Shown: piece by piece, positions 44,093-54,197 of the stretch
How the letters are laid out: every line of letters begins with the position of its first letter
Numbering within the stretch: position 1 is the stretch's first letter
Assembly: GCA_963821785.1 (NCBI GenBank)
Contig: CAWGFC010000005.1
Coordinates: forward strand, 27,065 to 91,064
Length of the DNA stretch: 64,000 bases
Direction of reading: 5' to 3'
Source of the DNA: an uncultured Alphaproteobacteria bacterium
GTDB lineage: Bacteria > Pseudomonadota > Alphaproteobacteria > Rhizobiales > Xanthobacteraceae
Made by a program: the position numbers and the translations under genes
The notes under the pieces: model-generated
Told to the model about the DNA's origin: nothing
Databases searched by the model: none
Seen by the model: the letters and a program-made list of their open reading frames with translations, nothing else

Positions 44093-44281
44093 CTATTGGC
44101 GCCTATAGCTGCGCACGGACGACTGTCTTGCGAGACTGGCAATGAATCGGAAATCGTCGGTCGAATTCGGCGGGTATTGGCAATGGCCCGTTGCTGTATA
44201 AATATTCCTCCGTGAGAAGTCGGCTGGCGGTACAATTCCGGTGGAAACCGGTGCTATAATGGCAATGCAGGAGCCGAATCG

Positions 44282-44623
44282 ATGCTTGAACGCTTTGCAA
44301 TTGCGTTTACAGACGAAGCCATATTTAACAGCCTGGAAACTGCGCTGCGGTATACGGCTAATAAGCACCGCGACCTCGAAAAGGCTGCCAAAGCCGCGGC
44401 GGCTTCAGGAAATCCGCAGAAAATCGAGCGCGTGTTTGAAACGGCCGTCGGCATCATTATTGCCGAAGCGCAATCAGGCCAGATCAAGCTGGACAAAACG
44501 GTGCTGGTCGCCCTCAGAGGCATCAAATTCGACCATCAGCACGGCACCGTTACTATCGGGGGCAAGACGATTTCGGCTGAGGTGCTTGTCGTTATTCCCG
44601 ACTCGGCGGGAGCAACCGGCTAG
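44282..44623 (+). CDS. Hypothetical protein, AT-richer, probably a gene fragment
   Basis: Protein-like reading; the frame stays open upstream to a TGA at 44213. Confidence 0.45.
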   Translation: MLERFAIAFTDEAIFNSLETALRYTANKHRDLEKAAKAAAASGNPQKIERVFETAVGIIIAEAQSGQIKLDKTVLVALRGIKFDHQHGTVTIGGKTISAEVLVVIPDSAGATG

Positions 44624-45213
44624 ACCGCGATTGGCTGCTTCTTCCCCAAGCGCTCGCCGGGGTGCGAACGGGTGTCTGAGCCATAATGCCGGGCTATCCC
44701 GCGCGGGCGTCGGGCTGTCGGCGGCGCTGAGGCGGACCCGTCGAGCGCCAGAATGCGCGGCAAAGGGCCATAATATCTGCCAACCTGGATGCTCGCGCGC
44801 GGCCTGAGCACAATCGAAACCAACCGGTCGAACAACGCCTGGGCCGACACCGGCTTGCAGAGAAACTCGTTCACGCCGATCTTAAGCGATTCGAGAATGC
44901 GCCAGCGCTCGCCGTGGCCGGTGAGCATGATGATGGGAATATCCGGCGTCGGGAAGACGCCGGGGGAGCGCACGATCCGCACCAGTTCCGCCCCGTTGAG
45001 CAGCGGCATCTCCCAGTCGAGGAGAATGACGTCGGGCGCTGCCTGGCGAATTTTTTCCAGCGCCGAGATTCCGTCGACGGCTTCAGTCACATGCCTGACG
45101 CCGATTTGAACGAGCAGCCCGCGCACGATGGTGCGTATGTACGGACTATCATCGACCAGCAGGACGTGCAGATGCCGGATGAGATCCTCGGCATACTTGG
45201 TATTGTGTGGCAT
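44620..45213 (-). CDS. CheY-like response regulator, Cle-like C-terminal extension
   Basis: LLVDDS, LLDWEMP, MLTG, FLCKP and YYGPLPR motifs. Confidence 0.88.
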   Translation of the reverse strand: MPHNTKYAEDLIRHLHVLLVDDSPYIRTIVRGLLVQIGVRHVTEAVDGISALEKIRQAAPDVILLDWEMPLLNGAELVRIVRSPGVFPTPDIPIIMLTGHGERWRILESLKIGVNEFLCKPVSAQALFDRLVSIVLRPRASIQVGRYYGPLPRILALDGSASAPPTARRPRGIARHYGSDTRSHPGERLGKKQPIAV

Positions 45214-45252
45214 GACCCGGTCCCCTCGACCAGCCATATTCACCACGAAGTC

Positions 45253-46749
45253 TCACCGCGGCGTTAACGTGCGCCGTACCGCGTCCTGCCAGCCAGCATA
45301 TTTCCGTTCGCGCTGCGCTGCGTCTAGGCGCGGCTCAAACCTGCGGTCGAGTCGCCATTGCGCGGCAAAGCCGTCGAGGTCCGGGCAGAGCCCGGCCGCC
45401 CGTCCAGCGAGATAGGCGGCACCCAAGGCGGTGGTTTCCATCACCGCCGGCCGGTCGACCGGGCTCGCCAGAATGTCGGCGAGGAATTGCATGGTGACGG
45501 CGCTGGCCGCCATGCCGCCGTCGACGCGCAGGACCGTGGCGGCGCCGTCCGCAAGCGGCCAGTCGGCGGTCATGGCCGCGAGCAAGTCGCGGGTCTGGTA
45601 GCCGACCGCTTCGAGCGCCGCGCGCGATAGCTCGGCGGCCCCGCAATTGCGCGTCAGTCCGAAAATTGCGGCACGCGCCTGCGCGTCCCAATAGGGCGCG
45701 CCCAAACCGACAAAGGCGGGCACCAGGTAAACCTGCTCGGCCGGGTCGGCCTGCTCGGCCAGGCCGTCGGCCTCGGACGCCTTGGCGATGATTTTGAGGC
45801 CGTCGCGTAGCCATTGCACGGCGGCGCCGGCGATGAAGATCCCCCCTTCCAAGGCGTAGGTGCGTTTGCCCTCGAGCTGATAGGCAATGGTCGTGAGCAG
45901 CCGGTTGCGCGAGACGACGCGTTGCGTGCCGGTGTTCAGCAGGGCAAAACAGCCGGTGCCGTAAGTCGATTTCATCATGCCGGGCTTGAAGCAGCCCTGC
46001 CCAACCGTCGCCGCCTGCTGGTCGCCGGCCATGCCGAGCACGCGGATCGGTGCGCCGAACAATTCAGGCAGGGTGATGCCGAAATCGCCGGCGCTGTCGC
46101 GAACCTGTGGCAAAAGCGACCGCGGTACCCCGAACATCCGGCACAGCCCGTCATCCCATTGCCCGCGGCCGATATCAAACAGCGACGTGCGCGCGGCATT
46201 GGTGGCGTCGGTCGCGTGGACCTTGCCGCCTGTCAAACGCCACAACAAAAAACAATCGATGGTGCCGAAAGCGAGCCGGCCGGCCTCGGCCAGGCCGCGC
46301 GCGCCCGCGACGTTGTCGAGCAGCCAGGCGATCTTGCTGGCGGAAAAATATGGGTCGAGCAGCAGCCCGGTCTTGCCGGAAATCTCCGGCTCGTGGCCGC
46401 TGCCGCGCAACGCCTCGCAAAAATTGGCGGTGCGTCGGTCCTGCCAGACGATCGCGTTATAAATCGGCTTGCCGGTGGCGCGGTCCCAGATGACCGCGGT
46501 CTCGCGCTGGTTGGCGATGCCGAAGCCGGCGATGTCCTTCGCCGCCAGGCCGGCTTTCGTCATCGTCTCGCGCACCGTCGCGACCGTCGCCGTCCAGATT
46601 TCCTCCGGGTCGTGTTCGACCTCACCTGGCGCGGGGTAGATCTGGCGCAGTTCCTGCTGCGCGCTGGCGAGCGGCCGCAGCGCGGCATCGAAGGCAATGG
46701 CGCGCGTCGAGGTCGTACCCTGGTCGATGGCGATGAGAGCGGCCGGCAA
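45253..46749 (-). CDS. glpK: Glycerol kinase
   Basis: [29 protein letters not shown] and RVDGG motifs; TTG start at 46749 with GGAGA RBS. Confidence 0.96.
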   Translation of the reverse strand: MPAALIAIDQGTTSTRAIAFDAALRPLASAQQELRQIYPAPGEVEHDPEEIWTATVATVRETMTKAGLAAKDIAGFGIANQRETAVIWDRATGKPIYNAIVWQDRRTANFCEALRGSGHEPEISGKTGLLLDPYFSASKIAWLLDNVAGARGLAEAGRLAFGTIDCFLLWRLTGGKVHATDATNAARTSLFDIGRGQWDDGLCRMFGVPRSLLPQVRDSAGDFGITLPELFGAPIRVLGMAGDQQAATVGQGCFKPGMMKSTYGTGCFALLNTGTQRVVSRNRLLTTIAYQLEGKRTYALEGGIFIAGAAVQWLRDGLKIIAKASEADGLAEQADPAEQVYLVPAFVGLGAPYWDAQARAAIFGLTRNCGAAELSRAALEAVGYQTRDLLAAMTADWPLADGAATVLRVDGGMAASAVTMQFLADILASPVDRPAVMETTALGAAYLAGRAAGLCPDLDGFAAQWRLDRRFEPRLDAAQRERKYAGWQDAVRRTLTPR

Positions 46750-46836
46750 CGAGCGTCTCCGCAAAGCGGCACCGGCACACGATCCGGCCCTGCATGAACC
46801 GGTTAGATCATGCGCCGATCGAAAAGTCTGCGGAGA

Positions 46837-47361
46837 TTAGTCGATAAGGACGAGGCTGACGATTGCGTCATCGTCGTCAGCATGGACGCCAGTGGCCAGT
46901 CGGCGCGGCAGCGGACCGTAATAGTTGCCGCTTTTGACGACCTCGCGCGGTTTGGTCAGTACGGCCAACAAGCGGTCCTGCAGCGCCTTTACCGATACCG
47001 GCTTGCGCAGGAACTCGTCGACGCCAATCTTTACCGCTTCGACGACGTGCGAACGGTCGCCATGGCCGGTCAGCATGACGATCGGCACGTCCGGATAGGG
47101 AAACGCGCCCGGCGCGCGCACCAGGCGCACGAAGGTCGGACCATCGATGCCGGGCATTTTCCAATCGAGGATGACGACATCCGGCGACATGCGGCGGATC
47201 AGATCGAGGCCGATCTGGCCATTCCGCGCCTCATAAACTTCCTGCACGCCGATACTCATGAGCATCGTACGCACGACTTTGCGCATGTTATGCTCGTCGT
47301 CCACCACCAGAATTTTGGCGGCGGCCAGACGCTCGGCGTTTTGCTTGGTCTCTGTCGACAT
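46837..47361 (-). CDS. CheY-like response regulator, Cle-like (paralog of 44620-45213)
   Basis: LVVDDE, ILDWKMP, MLTG, FLRKP and YYGPLPRR motifs. Confidence 0.88.
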   Translation of the reverse strand: MSTETKQNAERLAAAKILVVDDEHNMRKVVRTMLMSIGVQEVYEARNGQIGLDLIRRMSPDVVILDWKMPGIDGPTFVRLVRAPGAFPYPDVPIVMLTGHGDRSHVVEAVKIGVDEFLRKPVSVKALQDRLLAVLTKPREVVKSGNYYGPLPRRLATGVHADDDDAIVSLVLID

Positions 47362-47482
47362 TAGCGGTCCGCTGACCCCCCAAACGAACATGTCGACTAA
47401 AGCATAAAGACGTAGCGGCGCGCTGAAACCAGCCGATGAAATTGAGCACAGCGCAGTAAGACTTCGTAAACCATGTCTGCCC

Positions 47483-48973
47483 TCAAGACGCCGCCAGTAG
47501 CGATGCGATGAACTGGCCGAGAGCGGCGGATTGCTCCGGCATCGCCATAAGGCCGAGCTTGCTACGCCGCCACAGCACGTCGTCGGCGCTCTGCGCCCAT
47601 TCGTTCTCGACCAGGTACCGCACCTCGGCGCCGGTGAGATCGCCGGCAAAACGCGGCCCCAAATCGTCCAGGCTTTGCGCGTCATTGAGCACGCGCTCGA
47701 TGCGCCGGCCATAGGCGCGCAGCAGGCGGCGCGCATGCGGCTTGGCGAGGAACGGCCAGCGGCCAACGGTCTCCGCCATCAGGTCGTCGAAGCCGTCAGC
47801 CGGAAAATCGCCGCCGGGCAGCGTCGAGCCAGCGGTCCACGGCGGCGGCGCGCCGAAGAATGTTGCGAGCCGCGCCAGTGCCGCTTCCGCCAAGCGGCGG
47901 TAGGTGGTGATCTTGCCGCCGTAGATGGTGAGCAGCGGCGCTTCGCCATCGGCGTCGTCGAGGGTGAGCACGTAATCGCGGGTAACGTCTTCCGGCTTGT
48001 CGGCGCCGTCGTCATAGAGCGATCGCACGCCGGCGAACGACCACACCAACTCGTCGGGCGTGACCTTGGCGCGGAAGTAGTCATTGACGGTCTTGCACAG
48101 ATAAAGAATCTCGGCGATGTCGGGGGCCGGCGAATTGAGGTCGCCGACGAAATTCTCGTCGGTCGTGCCGATCAACGTGAAATCCTGCGCGAAGGGCAGC
48201 GCGAACACCACGCGCCCGTCGGCGGCCTGCAGCAGGTAGCCGCGATCGTGCTCGAAGCGCCGGCGAACCACGATATGGCTGCCTTTCACCAGGCGCACCG
48301 GCGCCGGCAATGGGCGGCGGATCACCGTATCGGCCACTTCGCCGATCCAGGGACCGGCGGCATTGACCAGCACACGAGCGCTCGTCACCTCGCGGCGGCC
48401 GCGCGCATTGAGCACCAGTTCCCACTCGCCATGCCGCTCGGCACGCACGCATCGGGTCCGGGTGCAGATAAACGCGCCCCGCTCGGCAGCGTCGACCGCG
48501 TTGAGCACAACCAGACGGGAATCGTCGGCCTGGCAATCGGAAAACTCGAAGCCGTAGCGGAACGACCGCTTGAGCGGCTGCCCGACCGGATGATGGGTGA
48601 GATCGACATTGCGTGTCGCCGGCAACAGTTTGCGGCCACCTAGCATGTCGTAGATGAGAAGTCCGAGACGCAGGACGAGCGCCGAGCGCAAGCCGGGCGC
48701 GGGCGGCAGTATGATGCGCAGCGGCCGGATGACGTGGGGCGCCATACGCAGCAACACCTCACGCTCGTGCAGCGCCTCGCGCACCAGCCGGATGGCGCCG
48801 TGCTCAAGATATCGCAATCCGCCGTGGATCAGCTTGGTGGAGGCCGAGGAGGTGCCGGAGGCGAGATCGTTCTGTTCGACCAGCAGCACGCGCAAGCCGC
48901 GGCCGGCGGCATCGCGAGCCAATCCGACCCCGTTGATACCGCCACCGATGATCGCGAGGTCGTAGTCGGCCAT
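47483..48973 (-). CDS. glpD: Aerobic glycerol-3-phosphate dehydrogenase
   Basis: GGGING, SASTKLIHGGLRYLE, KGSHIVV and GGKITTYR motifs. Confidence 0.96.
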   Translation of the reverse strand: MADYDLAIIGGGINGVGLARDAAGRGLRVLLVEQNDLASGTSSASTKLIHGGLRYLEHGAIRLVREALHEREVLLRMAPHVIRPLRIILPPAPGLRSALVLRLGLLIYDMLGGRKLLPATRNVDLTHHPVGQPLKRSFRYGFEFSDCQADDSRLVVLNAVDAAERGAFICTRTRCVRAERHGEWELVLNARGRREVTSARVLVNAAGPWIGEVADTVIRRPLPAPVRLVKGSHIVVRRRFEHDRGYLLQAADGRVVFALPFAQDFTLIGTTDENFVGDLNSPAPDIAEILYLCKTVNDYFRAKVTPDELVWSFAGVRSLYDDGADKPEDVTRDYVLTLDDADGEAPLLTIYGGKITTYRRLAEAALARLATFFGAPPPWTAGSTLPGGDFPADGFDDLMAETVGRWPFLAKPHARRLLRAYGRRIERVLNDAQSLDDLGPRFAGDLTGAEVRYLVENEWAQSADDVLWRRSKLGLMAMPEQSAALGQFIASLLAAS

Positions 48974-49167
48974 AGCCTGCTGATTCGCCTGGTTCCGGGC
49001 AGGATGGGCGGCTTAGGTGGCCGCCTCAAGAACCGCGCGCGCAAAAGGCATGTCAGGCCACAAATTTCGTCGGTAATTGCAAAATCGCCGCGCTTTGACC
49101 ATATCAAGCCTGTCTGATACGCGCCGTTCCACGCGTCCAACCCGGGACTTGGCCCGTCTCATAGCCC

Positions 49168-50034
49168 ATGCCGTCCGCCCGCCTGCTCGTCATCGAAGGC
49201 AATTCGCCACAGACCCTGTCAGAACACCTCTCGGTGGGCGGAACCCCGGCGCATCAGGGCTATTCCAATCTGCTGCGCGAATTGCTGCCGGGCGCGGTCG
49301 TCGACGCCTGCCATCCCGGCGATCCGGCCGCGACGCTGCCGGACGGCGAAGCGCTCGAGGGCTATGACGGCATCGCCATCACCGGCTCCTCGCTGCACAT
49401 TTACAATGGCGGCCCCGAAGTGATGCGGCAGATCGACCTGGTGCGTGCTGCGCTCGGGACGGGAACGCCGATTTTCGGCTCCTGCTGGGGCTTGCAGGTG
49501 ATCACCGCGGCGGCCGGCGGCAGCGTGCGCAAGAACCCGAAAGGCCGCGAGATCGGTTTCGGCCGCGGCATCCGCCTCACCGAAGCCGGCCGCAAGCATC
49601 CGATGTATGTCGGCAAACTCGACGTATTCAACGCGCCGACTGTGCATCTCGACGAGGTCGAGGCGTTGCCGGCGGGCTCGACCGTCCTCGCCACCAATGC
49701 GGTGTCGGACGTGCAAAGCGTGGAGATCCGCACCAACGGCTCGGTCGCCTGGGGCGTTCAGTATCATCCGGAATACCCGTTGCGCGAGCTGGCGGCGATC
49801 GTACGCCGCATCGGCACGCGGCTGATCGGTGAAGGATTTTTCGCCAACGAAGACGACATGCAGACTTTCGCGCAGGACCTCGATACGCTCGACAAGGACC
49901 CGCATTGCAAGCGCCTGTCCTGGCGGCACGGCATCAGCAAGAACGTGCTCGATACGACGCTGCGCGTCAGCGAGGTGGCAAACTGGATCGAGTTCCAGGT
50001 GCTGCCGACGCGGGTGAAGCGGGGAAGAGGGTAA
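49168..50034 (+). CDS. Class I glutamine amidotransferase-like protein
   Basis: ITGS, GSCWG nucleophile and QYHPE triad. Confidence 0.85.
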   Translation: MPSARLLVIEGNSPQTLSEHLSVGGTPAHQGYSNLLRELLPGAVVDACHPGDPAATLPDGEALEGYDGIAITGSSLHIYNGGPEVMRQIDLVRAALGTGTPIFGSCWGLQVITAAAGGSVRKNPKGREIGFGRGIRLTEAGRKHPMYVGKLDVFNAPTVHLDEVEALPAGSTVLATNAVSDVQSVEIRTNGSVAWGVQYHPEYPLRELAAIVRRIGTRLIGEGFFANEDDMQTFAQDLDTLDKDPHCKRLSWRHGISKNVLDTTLRVSEVANWIEFQVLPTRVKRGRG

Positions 50035-50723
50035 TGGATCTCTCCGGCAAGCATATCATGGTCACCGGCGGCACCGGCGCGCTCGGTACGGCGGTGGTCG
50101 CCGGCCTGCTAGCGGCGGGCGGGCACTGCACGGTGCCCTATGTGCACGAAGCCGAGGCGCAGCGCTTTCCGCATAGTGGTGATCCGAACGTGACGCTGAT
50201 CGCGGTCACCGATCTGGCCGACGAGGCGATAGTGGCCAAGATCTATGGCGGGCTCGCGCTATGGGCCTCGATCCACATTGCCGGCGGCTTTGCGGCCGGC
50301 AAGGTAGCGGAGACCGGCCGAGCCGCGCTGATGGCGCAACTCGATAGCAATCTCGTTTCGTGTTTCTTGTGCTGCCGCGCGGCGGTCAACGCCATGGCGG
50401 CGGGCGGGCGCATCGTCAACGTCGCGGCGCGGCCGGCGCTGGAATGGCGCTCGGGAGCCGGCATGACGGCCTATACGGTGGCGAAGGCGGGCGTTGCCGC
50501 GCTCACGGTGGCGCTGGCGGAAGAAGTCGCCAAGGACGGCATTCTGGTCAATGCGGTGGCGCCCTCGATCATGGACACGCCGGCCAATCGCGCGGCCATG
50601 CCGAAAGCCGCCTTCGACAAATGGCCGAAGGTCGAGGAGGTGGCGGCGACGATTCTGTTTCTCGCCTCGCCCGACAACAAGGTCACCCGCGGCGCCATCG
50701 TGCCGGTGTACGGGAAATCTTGA
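50034..50723 (+). CDS. Short-chain dehydrogenase/reductase
   Basis: TGGTGALG, YTVAK and VNAVAPS motifs; TAATG coupling. Confidence 0.88.
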   Translation: MDLSGKHIMVTGGTGALGTAVVAGLLAAGGHCTVPYVHEAEAQRFPHSGDPNVTLIAVTDLADEAIVAKIYGGLALWASIHIAGGFAAGKVAETGRAALMAQLDSNLVSCFLCCRAAVNAMAAGGRIVNVAARPALEWRSGAGMTAYTVAKAGVAALTVALAEEVAKDGILVNAVAPSIMDTPANRAAMPKAAFDKWPKVEEVAATILFLASPDNKVTRGAIVPVYGKS

Positions 50724-50726
50724 TTT

Positions 50727-50806
50727 CCGCTCATTCCCGCGCGAGCGGGAATCCAGCGCCAGAATTGAAGAAAGCACTGGGTCCCCGCTTTCGCGGGGAC
50801 AAGCGG
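50727..50806. repeat. REP-like doublet
   Basis: cattcccgcgcgagcgggaatccag...ctgggtccccgctttcgcggggac. Confidence 0.75.
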
Positions 50807-50816
50807 CTGCAAGTCC

Positions 50817-52175
50817 CTACCCCGCCACGGGCACCAGTTCGAGCGGCGGACGCAACAGGCGCTGCACCGCGCCGGAGGCGACGACGGTGCGGCTTTCTGC
50901 ATAGGCCTCGTGGTTAGCCTCGATATCGTCGAGATCGTAGAGGTAATTCACCATCAGCCCGTCCGCCTGCGCGATCGCCTTGTCCGAGGTGTCGGCCAGC
51001 CAATTGACACGCTCGAGCCGCGCGCCATTGCCGAGATGGAAGCGCGCCACCGCATCGACCGGCAGCCCGCGTCCATTTCGCGCGCGCAGGAAATACCAGG
51101 CCGCCGCACGCATCAGCGGCCCCTGCAGGCGCTCGGCCGCCTCCGGACTGCGGCTCCAGTTGGGGTCGTCGAGCGCAACGAACAGCGCCTTGTCGGCCTC
51201 GTTGAGCGCCGCCGAATTTTCCTGGGCGCGCTCATGCTTGAGCCAATCCGCGAAATTCGTCACCGGCGACAACGTCACGAAGGTCGAAAGCTTCGGCAGT
51301 TCGCGGCTGATCTCCTCGACCACCTGCTTGATCAGGAAACTGCCGAACGACACGCCGGCAAGCCCGCGCTGACAGTTCGAGATCGAATAGAACACGGCGG
51401 TGCGCGCCTTCTCGGTATCGGTCACCTCGCGTTCGGGGCTCAGGATCGGCATGATTGCGCCGGGAATGTCGCGGGTGAGCGCGACCTCGACGAAGATCAA
51501 AGGCTCGTCCACCAGCGCCGGATGAAAAAACGCATAGCAACGCCGGTCGGAGGGATCGATGCGGCGGCGCAGGTCGTCCCAGTCGCTGATCTCGTGCACC
51601 GCTTCATAACGGATGATCTTGTCCAGCACGATCGCCGGCGTCGACCAGTCGATGCGGCGCAGCACCAGAAAGCCGCGGTTGAACCAGGACGAGAACAGAT
51701 GGACGAAATCGTCGTCGACCGCGATGAGATCGTCGCGGTGACCCAGTACGTCGATCAATTGCTCGCGCATGCGCACCAGCGCGGCCGTGCCGCCCGGCGC
51801 CAGGTTAAGCCGGCGGAACAGCTCCTGCCGGCGCGGCTCGGAGGCAGCGTGCAGTTCCGCCGCGGCTTCGTCATTCGGCTTCGCGTGCCAAGTAGCAATC
51901 GCCGTTTCCATGCGCGCGGGATCGGAGCCAAAGCGCTGAGCCAGCGCCTCGAAGAAGGCAATGCGCGGGCCTGTGGTCAGCTCGTTATAGCGGCTGAGGA
52001 TGTCGCGCGCGCGGGCAACGCCGGAGGCTTCGCCGCGGCTCGACAAGAGATGCTCGCACAGCTCGACCAGGCTCTCAGAGCGCGCGCTCGCATCGACGCG
52101 CCGATTGCGCGCCAGCAACGCGCGGCCGCGCTCGGAAATGGTCTGCAGAAGCTCTCCGAAGAACGAGGTGTTCAT
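50817..52175 (-). CDS. matA: Malonyl-CoA decarboxylase
   Basis: LFSSWFNRGFL, YEAVHEI, FYSISN, FVTLSP and VARFHLGNGA motifs. Confidence 0.95.
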   Translation of the reverse strand: MNTSFFGELLQTISERGRALLARNRRVDASARSESLVELCEHLLSSRGEASGVARARDILSRYNELTTGPRIAFFEALAQRFGSDPARMETAIATWHAKPNDEAAAELHAASEPRRQELFRRLNLAPGGTAALVRMREQLIDVLGHRDDLIAVDDDFVHLFSSWFNRGFLVLRRIDWSTPAIVLDKIIRYEAVHEISDWDDLRRRIDPSDRRCYAFFHPALVDEPLIFVEVALTRDIPGAIMPILSPEREVTDTEKARTAVFYSISNCQRGLAGVSFGSFLIKQVVEEISRELPKLSTFVTLSPVTNFADWLKHERAQENSAALNEADKALFVALDDPNWSRSPEAAERLQGPLMRAAAWYFLRARNGRGLPVDAVARFHLGNGARLERVNWLADTSDKAIAQADGLMVNYLYDLDDIEANHEAYAESRTVVASGAVQRLLRPPLELVPVAG

Positions 52176-52204
52176 CGCGACGTCCAGGGTTGCGCTTGAA
52201 GGCC

Positions 52205-53521
52205 CTATTTAGCGCCACCCATCATATGATTCGGCAACCATGTGGCGATTTCTGGAAAGAAGCACAAGATCACGATCGCCAACATCATACATAGGACGTA
52301 GGGCGCCGTGCCCCACATCACTTTTGTGACCGGCACATCGGGCGCGATCGCATTGACGATGTAAATGTTTAGCCCTACCGGCGGGTGGATCAGACCGATT
52401 TCCATGTTGATGGTCAGGATCACGCCGAACCAGACCGGGTCGAAGCCGGCAGCGGTAATGATCGGCAATAAGATCGGCGAGGTCATCAGGATGATCGCCG
52501 CGGGCGGGATGAAGAAGCCGCTGACCAGCAGAAAGAGGTTGATCATCCCCATTAGCACCCAGCGATTGAAATGCGCATCGGCGATCGCCTGCGCCAGCAT
52601 CTGGGTGAGATAGAGCGAGGTGAGCATGTAACCGAACAGTACGGCGGCGGCGATGATCGTCAGGATCATCACCGACTCGCGCATCGTGTCGCGCAGGATG
52701 TGCCAAATCTGGTCTATCTTCCAAAGCCGGTAGATCAGGATCGCTAAAATAAGGCAGAGCGCGGCGCCGACGCCGGCCGCTTCCGACGGCGTCGCCACGC
52801 CGCCGTATAGCGAGTACATGACGCCGAAAATGATCAGAAGGAACGGCGCGATCTTCGGAATCGACTGAAATTTTTCCTTCCACGAATAACGAAAATCGAT
52901 CGCATGCGAGCGGAAGCCCCGCTTCCAGATGATAAAGATGGTCCACAGCATGAACATGCCGGTCAGCATGAGGCCGGGCACCACGCCGGCGAGGAACAGC
53001 CGGCCGATCGAAGTTTCGGTGGCAATACCGTAGAGAATGAAAGTGATCGACGGCGGAATCAGGATTCCGAGCGTGCCGCCGGCGCAAATCGAACCGGTGG
53101 CCACGTCGTCCGGATAGCCGCGCCGCCGCATTTCCGGAATGCCCATCTTGCCGATGGCGGCGCAGCAGGCGGGCGAGGATCCGGTGAGCGCGGCGAAGAT
53201 GGCGCAGGCGCCGAGATTGGAAATGACCAGGCCGCCAGGCAGCCGGTAAAGCCAGCGGTCGAGCGCCTCGTACAGGTCCTTGCCGGCCGGCGAAGAGCCG
53301 ATCGCGGCGCCCATCATCACGAACATCGGTATCGCCACGAGGGTAAAATCGTCGAGGCCGGACCAGAACGTCTCAGCGACGACGTGCATGCTGTCGATGC
53401 CGTGAAAAAACAAAAGGAAGATGATCGATATCGCACCGAGGCCGAACGCCACCGGAATTCCCGACATCAGCATCAAAAGGGTTGCAACGAGAACGACGAC
53501 ACCTTGCAAGGTCGGGCTCAC
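52205..53521 (-). CDS. TRAP transporter large permease (DctM)
   Basis: AIPMFVMMG, GTLGILIPPS and HPPVG motifs. Confidence 0.93.
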   Translation of the reverse strand: MSPTLQGVVVLVATLLMLMSGIPVAFGLGAISIIFLLFFHGIDSMHVVAETFWSGLDDFTLVAIPMFVMMGAAIGSSPAGKDLYEALDRWLYRLPGGLVISNLGACAIFAALTGSSPACCAAIGKMGIPEMRRRGYPDDVATGSICAGGTLGILIPPSITFILYGIATETSIGRLFLAGVVPGLMLTGMFMLWTIFIIWKRGFRSHAIDFRYSWKEKFQSIPKIAPFLLIIFGVMYSLYGGVATPSEAAGVGAALCLILAILIYRLWKIDQIWHILRDTMRESVMILTIIAAAVLFGYMLTSLYLTQMLAQAIADAHFNRWVLMGMINLFLLVSGFFIPPAAIILMTSPILLPIITAAGFDPVWFGVILTINMEIGLIHPPVGLNIYIVNAIAPDVPVTKVMWGTAPYVLCMMLAIVILCFFPEIATWLPNHMMGGAK

Positions 53522-54084
53522 GAGACGTCTCCCAAAGCTTGCTTGGCTTGATCCCGTCCGAACTCCTCGAAGTCTTCTTTCGGCTTAAGGCCGAAGGGAA
53601 GCGCCCGGCCCGTCACCAGGCAGAACAATTCGGCGAAGTATTGCAAGACCAGCAACCCGAGACCGAACGGCATCGACAGATAGGGAATCCACAGGCGCGC
53701 GCGCCAGACCGTGTTCGAATGCCAGCCTTCCGACCAAGCCTGAAGCCAATACTGCGTGCAGAGAATGAACAGCACCACGCAGAAACTCAGCGACAGCACT
53801 ATCGTGAACAGCGCGAGCCAATAACGGGCGCGCGGGCCGAGATAGAGCGGAAGAATCTCCACGTTCACGTGGCCGCGCGTCATCAGCACATAGGGGCTGC
53901 CGACGAAGGTCGCCGCGACGATTGAGTAGGTCACCACGTCGATCTGCCAGATCGTCGGCACGTTGAAGAAGTAGCGCACGATCACCATGTCGCAGATCAC
54001 GAAAACAGCGACGCCAATAAGGATAGCGGCGAACACACCTGCGACGCGCGACAGGAAGATGACCGTCCGAATGTAGGTATCCAT
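53518..54084 (-). CDS. TRAP transporter small permease (DctQ)
   Basis: Four TM helices; GHVNVE motif. Confidence 0.9.
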   Translation of the reverse strand: MDTYIRTVIFLSRVAGVFAAILIGVAVFVICDMVIVRYFFNVPTIWQIDVVTYSIVAATFVGSPYVLMTRGHVNVEILPLYLGPRARYWLALFTIVLSLSFCVVLFILCTQYWLQAWSEGWHSNTVWRARLWIPYLSMPFGLGLLVLQYFAELFCLVTGRALPFGLKPKEDFEEFGRDQAKQALGDVS

Positions 54085-54197
54085 GAGTCTGGCTTAAATT
54101 GGCGGCATTCGTTGCGGGGTGTCCCCGCGCAACGCTGACGGGGCGAGACGGCGTCGGCCGGCGAGATCACCCGCCGGCCGGTCTTCGATTTGTCTTG

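Noticed and set aside
44213-44215. In-frame TGA as selenocysteine or programmed readthrough
   Set aside because: No SECIS-like hairpin or redox motif recognised; decay next to an IS relic is simpler.
47455-47476. Shared AGACTTCGT 9-mer upstream of both response regulators (also about 45247-45255)
   Set aside because: Opposite orientation relative to the two genes and too short; the CtrA-like reading has two mismatches.
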